From Sphingomonas sp. (lineage in GTDB: Bacteria > Pseudomonadota > Alphaproteobacteria > Sphingomonadales > Sphingomonadaceae), in NCBI GenBank assembly GCA_965249015.1, contig CBDFLB010000002.1, forward strand, positions 45,802-109,801: 64,000 bases of DNA, written 5' to 3'. Shown piece by piece: positions 10,056 through 19,641 of the stretch. The position numbers and the translations under genes were made by a program. How positions within the stretch are numbered: the stretch's first letter is position 1; the number at the start of each line of letters is the position of its first letter. Below the pieces are notes generated by a model that did not search any database, was not told where the DNA came from, and saw only the letters and a list, made by a program, of their open reading frames with translations.

Positions 10056-12110
10056 ATGCGACCCGACCTTCTCAATCCGCTATTCGCCGAAATCGAGGTG
10101 CTGAAGGGGATCGGGACGGTGCTGGCAAAACCGCTGGCGCGGCTGGGCCTGGCCCGCGTCATCGACGTGTTGTTTCATCTTCCAACCGGATCGATCGAGC
10201 GGACCCGCGTGGAGCGACTCGACGATGCGCGACCGGGCACGCAGATTGCCATCATGGTCACGCCGGTGGCGTATAAGCAGGGCGGGATACGCGGGCCGCT
10301 GCGCGTACAGGCGGTTGACGGCGCAGGCGACTACGTCAGCCTGACCTATTTCGGCAGACATAGCGGCTATGCGCGCAAGCTGCTGCCGCTCGGTGAGGCG
10401 AAACTGGTGACCGGCAAACTCGAGATCTACGGCGAGGAACGCCAGATCGTCCATCCCGATCAGATCCTGACGCCCGGAGAGACGGTAATGTTGAAAGAGC
10501 CGATCTACCCGCTGGCGGAAGGCATGACCGCGCGGCGGCTCGGACAGCTGGCCGACCAGGCGATAACGCGCGCACCCGCACTCCCCGAATGGATCGAGCC
10601 GAGTCTTCTCGCCGACCGCGGGTGGCCGTCGTGGCGCGAAGCGGCGGCAGAGGCGCATCACAGCCCGGAAGACGCGAAGGCGCGTGACCGGCTGGCTTAT
10701 GACGAGGTCTTCGCCAACCAGCTCGCGCTGATGCTGGTGCGCGCATCGTCGCGACGGCGGCGGGGAACACCGCTGATCGGCGACGGGCGACTGCGCATGC
10801 AATTGCGGCTCCCTTATGCGCTGACGGGTGCCCAGCGGCGAACGATTGCCGAAATCGAGGGCGACTTGGCGCAGCCCACGCCAATGGTACGCTTGCTGCA
10901 AGGCGATGTCGGGTCGGGGAAGACGCTGGTCGCGCTCTACGCGCTGCTCGTCGCGGTCGAGGCGGGCGCACAGGGCGCTCTGCTCGCGCCGACCGAAATC
11001 CTGGCGCGGCAGCATTTCGACACCTTGTCGCGGCTGCTCAACGGCGTCGACGTGCGCATCGCGATCCTTACGGGACGCGACAAGGGTCGCGTGCGCGAAG
11101 CCGCTTTGATGGGACTTGCCGATGGCAGCATCGATATTCTCATCGGCACGCACGCGATCTTTCAGGAGGCGGTGACGTACAAGCGCCTCGGACTGGCGGT
11201 CATCGACGAGCAACACCGGTTCGGTGTTCCGCAAAGGCTGCTGCTGACGTCGAAGGCTGAGCGGCCACCCCATCTGCTGGCGATGACCGCGACCCCGATC
11301 CCGCGTACGCTGACGCTGACCAATTATGGCGAGATGGACGTCAGCCGTATCGACGAGATGCCGCCGGGGCGCACGCCGGTCGAAACGCGGGTCATCGCCG
11401 GCGATCGGATCGACGAGGTCATCGACGGGCTGTCACGACACATACAATCGGGAAAGCAGGCGTTCTGGGTATGCCCGCTTGTCGAGGAGAACGAACGCGC
11501 CGACCGCGCTGCGGCGGAAGCGCGTGCCGTATCGTTGCGGCTCAGGCTCGACGATACGGTCGGTCTCGTCCATGGGCGCATGAAGGGGCCGGAAAAGGAC
11601 GCCGTCATGGAAGCGTTTGCGGGTGGCGCGCTGAAGGTGCTGGTCGCGACAACGGTGATCGAAGTGGGTGTGGACGTGCCGAACGCCTCGCTGATCATCG
11701 TCGAGGACGCCGATCGTTTCGGCCTTGCCCAATTGCACCAGCTCCGCGGACGGGTGGGGCGGGGGGCCGAGCGGTCGGTCTGTCTGCTCCTGCGTGGCAA
11801 TTCGCTTGGCGAGACGGCACGCGCGCGTCTGGCATTGATGCGCGAGACTAACGACGGTTTTCGTATTGCCGAGGAGGACCTGCGTCTGCGCGGCGGCGGC
11901 GAAGTGCTCGGCACGAAGCAATCGGGCGAGGCGCGCTTTCGCCTGGCGAGCGCCGACCAGGTGCATGCGTTCAGTCCGGTCGCCACCGACGACGCACGGT
12001 TACTCGTCGAGCGTGACGGCGGCCTCGACGGCGCGCGGGGTCAGGCGGCGCGAACGCTGCTTTATCTGTTCGAGCGCGATTCGGCCGTGGCCCTGTTGCG
12101 ATCGGGTTAA
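10056..12110 (+). CDS. recG: ATP-dependent DNA helicase RecG
   Basis: Starts at MRPDLLNPLFAEIEVLKGIG (ATG 10056); the listed ORF from 9801 is an extension into sdhE. Helicase motifs GDVGSGKTLVA, DEQHRFG, TATPIPRT and QLHQLRGRVGRG. Confidence 0.92.
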   Translation: MRPDLLNPLFAEIEVLKGIGTVLAKPLARLGLARVIDVLFHLPTGSIERTRVERLDDARPGTQIAIMVTPVAYKQGGIRGPLRVQAVDGAGDYVSLTYFGRHSGYARKLLPLGEAKLVTGKLEIYGEERQIVHPDQILTPGETVMLKEPIYPLAEGMTARRLGQLADQAITRAPALPEWIEPSLLADRGWPSWREAAAEAHHSPEDAKARDRLAYDEVFANQLALMLVRASSRRRRGTPLIGDGRLRMQLRLPYALTGAQRRTIAEIEGDLAQPTPMVRLLQGDVGSGKTLVALYALLVAVEAGAQGALLAPTEILARQHFDTLSRLLNGVDVRIAILTGRDKGRVREAALMGLADGSIDILIGTHAIFQEAVTYKRLGLAVIDEQHRFGVPQRLLLTSKAERPPHLLAMTATPIPRTLTLTNYGEMDVSRIDEMPPGRTPVETRVIAGDRIDEVIDGLSRHIQSGKQAFWVCPLVEENERADRAAAEARAVSLRLRLDDTVGLVHGRMKGPEKDAVMEAFAGGALKVLVATTVIEVGVDVPNASLIIVEDADRFGLAQLHQLRGRVGRGAERSVCLLLRGNSLGETARARLALMRETNDGFRIAEEDLRLRGGGEVLGTKQSGEARFRLASADQVHAFSPVATDDARLLVERDGGLDGARGQAARTLLYLFERDSAVALLRSG

Positions 12111-12460
12111 CCGAACAGGCGGCAGAAAACAGCCAGTTCGTCGGGATCGATGGGGTCGCGAAACTGCACGCCCACGCGCTCGCCCAGCACCCAGACGACA
12201 GTCGCGCGCACCCAGCCGATCGTCGGCAGATCGACGCGGACCGGATCGCGCTCGCACAACGGCGATTCGGTCGTCGCCATCAGCCCGCCGTTCGAAAGAT
12301 TGAGAATCTGTACACCGAAGGTACGCCCCTCGCGATCGCTCATCAGCGTATCGAGCGCGACCGAAGCGCGCGACCGCTTGCGACGCTCGGTATCGAGCAT
12401 TTGCGTGGTCAGGTCGGGGGCGGTCGTCATCATCGCTCCCGCTATGCGCGTCACATGCAT
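12107..12460 (-). CDS. PilZ domain protein (putative c-di-GMP binding)
   Basis: 117 aa with RRKRSR ... NLSNGG, matching the PilZ RxxxR / (D/N)xSxxG pattern. Its stop is interlocked with the recG stop (TTAA). Confidence 0.65.
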   Translation of the reverse strand: MHVTRIAGAMMTTAPDLTTQMLDTERRKRSRASVALDTLMSDREGRTFGVQILNLSNGGLMATTESPLCERDPVRVDLPTIGWVRATVVWVLGERVGVQFRDPIDPDELAVFCRLFG

Positions 12461-12493
12461 CGCGCGCGTTAACTGGCGTGGTGAAGCATGGAT

Positions 12494-13669
12494 TTACCGG
12501 ATGATGAGTCCGTGAAGTTTCTTTCCCGCCGAGATGCGTATGGGCTCGGCGCCGGGAACGATGAACGCATCCTCTCCCGCCTTCTCGCCGTCGATCCGCG
12601 CACCGCCGCCCGCGATCAGCCGGCGGGCTTCGCCTTTCGACGCAACGAACTCGAGTGCGATCAGCGCATCGACGATGCCGATCGACGATGTCGCGATCGC
12701 GTGAGTTGGAAGGGCGTCCCCCTGCACATCGTCGCCGTGCGCGAGCGCCGTCGCGGCGTCGGCGAGGATGACCTTGGCCTCGTTCTCCTCCTCGCCACGC
12801 AGCGCCTCGAGCCGCGCGATCTCGTCGAGCGGCAAATCGGTGAACAATCTCATGAAACGGCCGATGTCGAGTCCCTGCGTGTTGCGCCAGAACGTCCAGT
12901 AATCATAGGGGCGGAGTGCGTCGCGGTTGAGCCAGACCGCGCCGGCCGCAGTCTTGCCCATCTTTCCGCCGTCCGCGGTGGTGATCAGCGGCGTGGTCAG
13001 ACCAAAGAGCGAGGTGCCGTCGATCCGGCGCGTCAGTTCGATGCCGTTGACAATATTGCCCCACTGATCGCTCCCGCCCATCTGCAATCGGCATCCGGCG
13101 CGGCGCGACAGTTCGAGGAAGTCGTAAGCCTGGAGGATCATGTAATTGAATTCGAGAAAAGTCAGCGGCTGTTCGCGTTCGAGCCGCAGCCGGACGCTGT
13201 CGAACGTCAGCATGCGGTTGATCGTGAAATGCTTTCCCACGTCGCGGAGGAAGGGGACGTACTCCAGCCGGTCGAGCCAATCGGCATTGTCGATCAGGAC
13301 GGCATCGGTGGGGCCGTCGCCGAAGGTCAGGAACCGCTCGAAGATGCGGCGGATGCTGGCGATGTTCGACGCGATGTCGGCGTCGGTCAGCAGCTTGCGG
13401 CTCTCGTCCTTTCCCGATGGATCGCCGACCTTCGTCGTGCCGCCGCCCATGACGACGATCGGCTTGTGCCCGGCGTGCTGCAGCCGGCGCAGCATCATGA
13501 TCTGGACAAGGCTGCCGACGTGAAGCGAAGGCGCGGTCGCGTCGAAACCGATGTAGCCCGGGACAACCTGTGTATCGGCAAGCGCGTCGAGAGCGGTTGC
13601 ATCGGTCATCTGGTGGATATAGCCGCGCGTGGCGAGTTGATTGAGCAGTGCGGATCGGAATTCGGTCAT
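12494..13669 (-). CDS. tyrS: Tyrosine--tRNA ligase
   Basis: HIGH-type motif (SLHVGSL) and KMGKT (KMSKS-type). The N-terminus MTEFRSALLNQLATRGYIHQ matches canonical TyrS, so ATG 13669 is preferred over the listed 13738. Confidence 0.92.
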   Translation of the reverse strand: MTEFRSALLNQLATRGYIHQMTDATALDALADTQVVPGYIGFDATAPSLHVGSLVQIMMLRRLQHAGHKPIVVMGGGTTKVGDPSGKDESRKLLTDADIASNIASIRRIFERFLTFGDGPTDAVLIDNADWLDRLEYVPFLRDVGKHFTINRMLTFDSVRLRLEREQPLTFLEFNYMILQAYDFLELSRRAGCRLQMGGSDQWGNIVNGIELTRRIDGTSLFGLTTPLITTADGGKMGKTAAGAVWLNRDALRPYDYWTFWRNTQGLDIGRFMRLFTDLPLDEIARLEALRGEEENEAKVILADAATALAHGDDVQGDALPTHAIATSSIGIVDALIALEFVASKGEARRLIAGGGARIDGEKAGEDAFIVPGAEPIRISAGKKLHGLIIR

Positions 13670-13719
13670 CGTGCGCGGCCGTCTAGCAGGGGGGATGGCT
13701 GTTGAGTAGGCCGCAAAAG

Positions 13720-14256
13720 ATGCACGCGCTCGTGCCACACCCCGACGCGCCGCATCCGGCCGTCCGGATTTGCGCGAGGCTTGCGATCAGTCGTTCTCAC
13801 ATGTTCAGTATCGAATTCGTCGTAAGCGGTGCAATCGACAGTATTAATCTTCCACGAGGAGGACCGTCGGCAAGGGCAGATGGGCTTTGGGAGCGGACCT
13901 GTTTCGAGGCTTTTGTCGGCGAAAACCATGACTCGGGCTATGTCGAACTGAATTTCGCGCCTTCCCGGCTTTGGGCCGCCTACCGGTTCGACGATTATCG
14001 CCAGGGAATGCAGCAGCTTACGCCGGTCGATACGCCGGATATTCGCATTAAACAGGGGGAAGGAGATGCGTTTTCAATATCGGCCGATTTTGCACTTCCA
14101 GATCCGGGCATGAGCGGCCCGCTGAGGATCGGCCTGTCCGCCGTGATCGAAGCGCACGACGGGACGAAAAGCTATTGGGCGCTGCATCATCCACCGGGCA
14201 AACCCGATTTCCATCATCGCGATTGCTTTGCGATCGTGCTTCAGCCACCTGCCTGA
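13720..14256 (+). CDS. Hypothetical protein, possibly a DOMON/carbohydrate-binding-like domain protein
   Basis: ORF with good GC3, and its stop lies 1 nt before the next gene's ATG, so the two are probably co-transcribed. The family assignment is from memory of similar proteins next to DUF1343 genes and is weak. The start is ATG 13720 or TTG 13702. Confidence 0.45.
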   Translation: MHALVPHPDAPHPAVRICARLAISRSHMFSIEFVVSGAIDSINLPRGGPSARADGLWERTCFEAFVGENHDSGYVELNFAPSRLWAAYRFDDYRQGMQQLTPVDTPDIRIKQGEGDAFSISADFALPDPGMSGPLRIGLSAVIEAHDGTKSYWALHHPPGKPDFHHRDCFAIVLQPPA

Positions 14257-14257
14257 C

Positions 14258-15454
14258 ATGGAATTCGGTATCGACCGGCTGCTCGCCGACCCGGCACTGC
14301 GCCAGCCGCTGGCGGGCAAGCGCGTCGCGCTGCTCGCGCATCCCGCGTCGGTCACCGCAAATCTTACGCACACGCTCGACGCGCTCGTCATGGCGGGCGT
14401 GAACGTCACCGCTGCGTTCGGACCTCAACATGGGCTACGCGGCGACAAGCAGGACAATATGGTCGAAAGCCCGGATTTCACCGACCCGGTCCACGGCATT
14501 CCGGTCTTCAGCCTGTACGGCGAAGTGCGTCGCCCGACCGGACAGTCGATGGGAACGTTCGACACGATCCTGATCGACCTGCAGGATCTCGGTTGCAGGA
14601 TCTACACGTTCATCACCACGCTTCTGTACGTCCTCGAAGCAGCAGCGGCGCACGGCAAGGCGGTCTGGGTGCTCGACCGGCCAAACCCGGCGGGCCGGCC
14701 CGTCGAAGGACTGACGTTGCGCGAAGGCTGGGAGAGTTTCGTCGGGGCGGGGCCGATGCCGATGCGCCACGGGCTGACGCTTGGTGAAATGGGTCGCTGG
14801 TTCATCGCGCAACACGGCCTCGACGTCGATTACCGCGTTATCGAAATGACAGGGTGGGAGCCGAGGGCCGCGCCCGGATTCGGCTGGCCGGCCGATCGTA
14901 TCTGGATCAATCCCAGTCCCAATGCGCCCAACGTCAACATGGCGCGCGCCTTTGCGGGTACGGTGATGGTCGAGGGCACGACATTGAGCGAGGGCAGGGG
15001 GACGACGCGACCGCTCGAGCTATTCGGCGCGCCCGGTATCGATGCGCGCCGCCTGCTCGCCGAAATGCGGCGGATCGCGCCGCACTGGCTCAGCGGGTGC
15101 ACCTTGCGCGACATTGCGTTCGAACCGACGTTCCACAAGCATGTCGGTAAATTGTGCAGCGGCCTTCATATCCACGCCGAGGGCGGGTCGTACGACCCGA
15201 TGATGTTCAAACCGTGGCGCATTCAGGCGCTCGCGTTCAAGGGCATCCGCGCGCTCTATCCGGATTATCCGTTATGGCGTGATTTTGCGTATGAGTATGA
15301 ACATGGGAAGCTTGCGATCGACGTGATCAGCGGCGGTCCTCAATTGCGCGAGTGGGTCGATGACGAAGCGGCGACTGCCGCCGACCTCGACGCGCTAGCC
15401 GGGCCCGACGAGACGGCGTGGGTCACGACGAGCGAGACGTTCACCTTATATTGA
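14258..15454 (+). CDS. DUF1343 family protein (NamZ-like exo-beta-N-acetylmuramidase candidate)
   Basis: Starts at MEFGIDRLLADPALRQPLAGKRVALLAHPASV, which is typical of DUF1343/YzbB proteins. About 398 aa. Confidence 0.7.
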   Translation: MEFGIDRLLADPALRQPLAGKRVALLAHPASVTANLTHTLDALVMAGVNVTAAFGPQHGLRGDKQDNMVESPDFTDPVHGIPVFSLYGEVRRPTGQSMGTFDTILIDLQDLGCRIYTFITTLLYVLEAAAAHGKAVWVLDRPNPAGRPVEGLTLREGWESFVGAGPMPMRHGLTLGEMGRWFIAQHGLDVDYRVIEMTGWEPRAAPGFGWPADRIWINPSPNAPNVNMARAFAGTVMVEGTTLSEGRGTTRPLELFGAPGIDARRLLAEMRRIAPHWLSGCTLRDIAFEPTFHKHVGKLCSGLHIHAEGGSYDPMMFKPWRIQALAFKGIRALYPDYPLWRDFAYEYEHGKLAIDVISGGPQLREWVDDEAATAADLDALAGPDETAWVTTSETFTLY

Positions 15455-15575
15455 AGGCGGCGCAATCCCTGCGTTTGGATTAACGCTTCATACACGCTGT
15501 CTTTACGCGCTTTTGTTAGAGCCTTGGTCGACAAGGGTGCCAGCTTACGCGCTCTTGCGAACACAAAGGATCGGA

Positions 15576-16247
15576 ATGATCGGACACGCCGCCTCGTTAG
15601 GCACCTCACGCGACTCAGCGGACGCATTGCTTGCGCTCGTCGTTGCGGAGGGGAGCGCGTCGCATCGTCATCCGAAGGCCGACGTTCTGGGTCAGGGTCC
15701 GGAGGCGGCGCGCAACGTTGCCGATATTGTCCATCTCCTGTGCCTGCTGCACGGCCGCCACCCGGGCGTTATCGACCATGCCGTCGCGCGCGTTCGAAAT
15801 GCGAGCACGCGCGCATTCCTGAGCGATGCCGCCGACGCATTTGCGGTCGAGCGGATGCTGCTGACCAAGCTTGTCGTTGCCGTGGGACCGTTGCCGAGCA
15901 CACCCGGCCAGGCCGACACCGAGACAGCGGTTCACGCCCAATATCATGCGCTCGACATGCTCGCGAAGTCCGAGCGCGACGGATGCGCACTCGGCGCGGC
16001 GCTGGCGTTGCTGGCGGACTGGGCGGCGGTGCGTCCTGTGCTCGCAACTGCGGCGCGACGCCTTTCACTCGAGGTCGATCCGTCGGCGGTGCCCAATTCC
16101 GACGTCATCGCCTCGGTCATCAGGTCGGCGGAAAACAACGCAGCGGCTGACCGGGCGATGCTGTTCGGCGCGCAACAGATCGTGGCGCAGCACCGCGGGC
16201 TATGGGACTTGCTCGAAGCGCGCGCGATCGCCCGAAGCGTTTATTAA
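15576..16247 (+). CDS. Conserved hypothetical protein
   Basis: ATG 15576 is preceded by AAGGA 6 nt upstream. High GC3. I recognise no motif. Confidence 0.55.
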   Translation: MIGHAASLGTSRDSADALLALVVAEGSASHRHPKADVLGQGPEAARNVADIVHLLCLLHGRHPGVIDHAVARVRNASTRAFLSDAADAFAVERMLLTKLVVAVGPLPSTPGQADTETAVHAQYHALDMLAKSERDGCALGAALALLADWAAVRPVLATAARRLSLEVDPSAVPNSDVIASVIRSAENNAAADRAMLFGAQQIVAQHRGLWDLLEARAIARSVY

Positions 16248-16257
16248 CCGCTTGCCC

Positions 16258-16278
16258 TTTGGCGATGGCCTCGCCAAA
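16258..16278 (+). terminator. Stem-loop downstream of the preceding gene (possible intrinsic terminator without a clear U-tract)
   Basis: TTTGGCG (16258-16264) pairs with CGCCAAA (16272-16278) around a 7-nt loop, starting 11 nt after the TAA at 16245-16247. Confidence 0.35.
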
Positions 16279-16283
16279 CGCTC

Positions 16284-16299
16284 TTGACGTTAACGTCAA
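16284..16299. promoter_or_regulatory. Perfect 16-bp palindrome TTGACGTTAACGTCAA immediately upstream of the MoxR ATPase gene
   Basis: Read directly from the sequence. It lies 14 nt upstream of ATG 16313. It could be an operator or part of a promoter (the TTGACG half resembles a -35 element). Confidence 0.35.
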
Positions 16300-16312
16300 A
16301 GGCGCCGCGCGC

Positions 16313-17164
16313 ATGAAATTTACCGGAACGTCCGATTATGTCGCGACCGATGACCTGAAGGTCGCGGTCAATGCGGCGGTGACGCTCCGACGGCCGCTCC
16401 TCGTGAAGGGCGAGCCCGGCACTGGCAAGACCGTCCTCGCGCACGAAATCGCACGCGCTCTCGGGGCGCCGCTGATCGAATGGCACGTCAAGTCGACCAC
16501 CAAGGCGCATCAGGGGCTTTACGAATATGACGCCGTGGCGCGGCTCCGCGACGGGCAGCTCGGCGATGCGCGCGTCCACGACATTTCGAACTACATCCGC
16601 AAGGGCAAATTGTGGGAAGCGTTCACATCGCCGACGTTGCCGGTGCTCCTGATCGACGAGATCGACAAGGCAGACATCGAATTTCCCAACGACCTTCTTC
16701 AAGAACTCGACCGCATGTCGTTCGACGTTTACGAAACGCACGAAACGATCGCGGCCAAGGAACGGCCGATCGTGATCATCACGTCGAATAACGAAAAGGA
16801 ATTGCCCGACGCGTTTCTGCGCCGCTGTTTCTTTCATTACATCAAGTTTCCCGACAGGGACACGATGCAGGCCATCGTCGATGTCCATTTTCCCGGGATC
16901 CAGAAAATTCTCGTCTCCAAAGCGATGGACATTTTCTACGACGTCCGCGACGTTCCGGGGCTCAAGAAGAAGCCGTCGACGAGCGAGCTTCTCGACTGGC
17001 TGAAACTGCTGCTTGCCGAGGACCTGCCGCTCGACGTGCTGCAGTCGCGCGATCCGCGGCAGGCGATCCCTCCGCTTCACGGCGCGCTCCTGAAAAACGA
17101 GCAGGACGTCATGCTGTTCGAACGGCTTGCCTTCATGGCGCGCCGGCAGGGCGCAAACGCCTAG
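16313..17164 (+). CDS. MoxR-family AAA+ ATPase (AAA_5 type)
   Basis: Starts at MKFTGTSDYVATDDL. Walker A GEPGTGKT and Walker B LLIDEIDKA, and the typical MoxR length of 283 aa. The listed ORF from 16202 is an extension. Confidence 0.85.
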   Translation: MKFTGTSDYVATDDLKVAVNAAVTLRRPLLVKGEPGTGKTVLAHEIARALGAPLIEWHVKSTTKAHQGLYEYDAVARLRDGQLGDARVHDISNYIRKGKLWEAFTSPTLPVLLIDEIDKADIEFPNDLLQELDRMSFDVYETHETIAAKERPIVIITSNNEKELPDAFLRRCFFHYIKFPDRDTMQAIVDVHFPGIQKILVSKAMDIFYDVRDVPGLKKKPSTSELLDWLKLLLAEDLPLDVLQSRDPRQAIPPLHGALLKNEQDVMLFERLAFMARRQGANA

Positions 17165-18078
17165 AGCGCCTCGGGCCGTATGGTCGGCGTCATCGCCGGC
17201 CACGCGTCGGCGAGCCGCTTTGCGATCACGTCGAGCATCGCATAGCGCTGACGGTACATGCTGCGCTTCTTTGCGGGGATGTCGGCGTCGGCGCGACGCT
17301 CTCCCAAAAGCGGCAGCGAGAAGAACCCGTCGCCAAGCGTCTTGCCCCCACGATCGCACCAGATCTCGTCGTAATTCAGCGGCAGCTCGCGGGTGACGTC
17401 CTTGCCGAAATAGGGGTGACGACTCTGGCGGTTCTTGTCGGCGATGGCGCGTATTTCGGTCACGCCGAGCTGAGCACAGACCATCCGGAAGAGCTCGATG
17501 ATCAGGTCGCGCGGGCGAAGTCCCTGCGCGGCCTTGGTCAGGTCACGATAGCGATCGAGCGCATCGGGGAAATTGCGACCCTGGATCCCGCCGATGAGCG
17601 CGCGCGGCCCGGCGCCGTGGGGTTCGATCGCAAAGACGAGCGTGAAGAGCCGCCGGTCACCGTCGAACAGATTGAGCGCGAGGGTGCCTTCGCGGTGGAA
17701 CCAGATCGGCTTGTCGATGACGACGTGAATATGATCGCCGACCTCGGCAAGCGGCATCAGCTCGATCGACTGGGCGACCCGGAAATCGAGCGGTGGCGCG
17801 AGCGCTTCGACATGCGCCGCGAAACGGCGCAACCGCTCGTCGACAGTCCAGTTCGCGCACAGATAGGGTGATCGGATGAAACCAAGAATTTCGGGGCGAT
17901 CGTCGACCAGCCTTCCCATCGTGCTGTCGGGGGTCGCACCGAGGAGCGGGGCGTACGCCGTGGCGTGACGCATCGCCGCGATCCGCCAGCGCGCGCGCTT
18001 GACCCATTGACCGTGACCACCAACGACCCCGGATGCCTTGAGCATCGCCTCGAAGCGGGCTTGCTGCGATGCGTTCAT
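17161..18078 (-). CDS. DUF535 (VirK/YbjX-like) family protein
   Basis: 305 aa. The region LIGGIQGRNFPDALDRYRDLTKAAQGLRPRDLIIELFRMVCAQLGVTEIRAIADKNR matches my recollection of the VirK/YbjX family core. Confidence 0.5.
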   Translation of the reverse strand: MNASQQARFEAMLKASGVVGGHGQWVKRARWRIAAMRHATAYAPLLGATPDSTMGRLVDDRPEILGFIRSPYLCANWTVDERLRRFAAHVEALAPPLDFRVAQSIELMPLAEVGDHIHVVIDKPIWFHREGTLALNLFDGDRRLFTLVFAIEPHGAGPRALIGGIQGRNFPDALDRYRDLTKAAQGLRPRDLIIELFRMVCAQLGVTEIRAIADKNRQSRHPYFGKDVTRELPLNYDEIWCDRGGKTLGDGFFSLPLLGERRADADIPAKKRSMYRQRYAMLDVIAKRLADAWPAMTPTIRPEAL

Positions 18079-18132
18079 CCGGCCTCCTCACGCACCATCC
18101 CGTCCGACGTTGCGCCATTGGCGCACCTGCGA

Positions 18133-19539
18133 TCAATTGTCGATTGCGTAGGCGACCTCGAAATTACCCCAGCGACGACCGCCGAACTCGAGCGGAACGA
18201 AGACGTTCTTGACCGTCCGGTAGCCGTTCGACCCGAGATCCTGGCGATAGGTGCTCAGCATGAAATCGGCGCCCGAGGCGACGGCGCGCGCGGTGGCATC
18301 GTCCATGAAGTTGCTCTTGTTACGGCAGTGAAGCGCATTCCAGGCGGGATCGTCGGGTCGTTGCGGCAGCGACTTGGACGAGAGATGTGTCGGCAGGTAT
18401 CCGTTCAGATCGGTAATCGCCACGCCGACGATGCGCGGGTCCGCAAGCGCGACCCGATCGAGAATCGGCTGAACCAAAGCGTCGGCGATATCGTTGAAAC
18501 GGGTGTCGAATTGTGCAGGGTTCGACCCTGCGACCGGACGATAGGTGACGTCGAAGACGTCGTCGGCGCGCGCTGTGCCGTCGGCCAGCGCGCCGTCGAT
18601 TACCGATCGGACGTCGGCGGTCGCTGCCAGCGCGATGTCGACGAAGCGACGATCCTCGAGCGCGAAACCCGAATGCACGATCAAGTCGAGCATCTCGTTG
18701 GCACCGGTTTCGAGTGAGCTGATGTGAGTCATCGCCCCGGCGAGCCGGTCGTGGTTCGCGCGTGCGGTGTCGGCAAATCCGGCCAGCTCGTCGCCGACCC
18801 GGCAGACGCTGTCGTGGATCAGGCTGGTCGAGCGCGCGATGTCGTCGGTCTGACGGTCGACCTGCCCGACGAGCTCGATGACTTCGGCAACCGTGTCGTT
18901 GATCCGGCCAAATCCGGTCTCCGCATGGCGGCTGCGCGCGATGCCTTTCTGGATTTCGCTAACGAACGCTTCGCCTTCGTCCGAGAGCGAATCCATTGTC
19001 GTTCCGATTTCGTCGATCGCCGCACGCGTGTCCCGCGCAAGCTTCTTCACTTCGGAAGCGACGACGGCAAAGGTGCGGCCCGCTTCGCCAGCTTTTTCGG
19101 CCTCGATCGCGGCGTTGAGGGCGAGCATGTTGGTCGTCCGTGCGATGCCGTCGATGATCTGCGTCGTGCGGCGCACTTGCTCCATCGCGGTCGAAAAGCC
19201 GGTGATCTGCGCGCCGAGCCGGTTGACCATCGCCGTCAGCTGACTGAAGGCGGACACCGAATCAGCGACGATTGCGGCACCGGCGGTCAGGCGGGTACGT
19301 GCGTTGTCGGAGAGCATCCGCGCTTCGTCGGTCGCGTCGGTGACCTGGCGCTGGTCGGTCTCGAGACTTGCCATCACCGCCTGAAGTTCGGCCAACACGC
19401 GCGCCTGTTCGGCAACACTTCCGGCGACCGACCTGATCTGGCCGGCGGCATCGGTACATCCGACCGCGAGCACGCCGCACCGCGCGGCCGCGCGGTCCAT
19501 CAGCCGGGAGTCGGCGGCTTCGATACGCGTGTGATACAT
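18133..19539 (-). CDS. Soluble methyl-accepting chemotaxis protein-like transducer (N-terminal MCP signalling domain, C-terminal Cache/PDC-like domain)
   Basis: MCP hairpin-tip consensus [37 protein letters not shown] sits near residue 130. I see no hydrophobic TM segment. The C-terminal ~200 aa is a separate globular domain. Confidence 0.8.
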   Translation of the reverse strand: MYHTRIEAADSRLMDRAAARCGVLAVGCTDAAGQIRSVAGSVAEQARVLAELQAVMASLETDQRQVTDATDEARMLSDNARTRLTAGAAIVADSVSAFSQLTAMVNRLGAQITGFSTAMEQVRRTTQIIDGIARTTNMLALNAAIEAEKAGEAGRTFAVVASEVKKLARDTRAAIDEIGTTMDSLSDEGEAFVSEIQKGIARSRHAETGFGRINDTVAEVIELVGQVDRQTDDIARSTSLIHDSVCRVGDELAGFADTARANHDRLAGAMTHISSLETGANEMLDLIVHSGFALEDRRFVDIALAATADVRSVIDGALADGTARADDVFDVTYRPVAGSNPAQFDTRFNDIADALVQPILDRVALADPRIVGVAITDLNGYLPTHLSSKSLPQRPDDPAWNALHCRNKSNFMDDATARAVASGADFMLSTYRQDLGSNGYRTVKNVFVPLEFGGRRWGNFEVAYAIDN

Positions 19540-19641
19540 CGGGCAATCCTGTTGTCTGCGCCGGATTAGCGGTGGCGAGTTGCGATCGCGTTAACCAGCA
19601 CATGCCTTGTCGCGAAGGTGGCGGGGCGGCATAGCGCGGAC

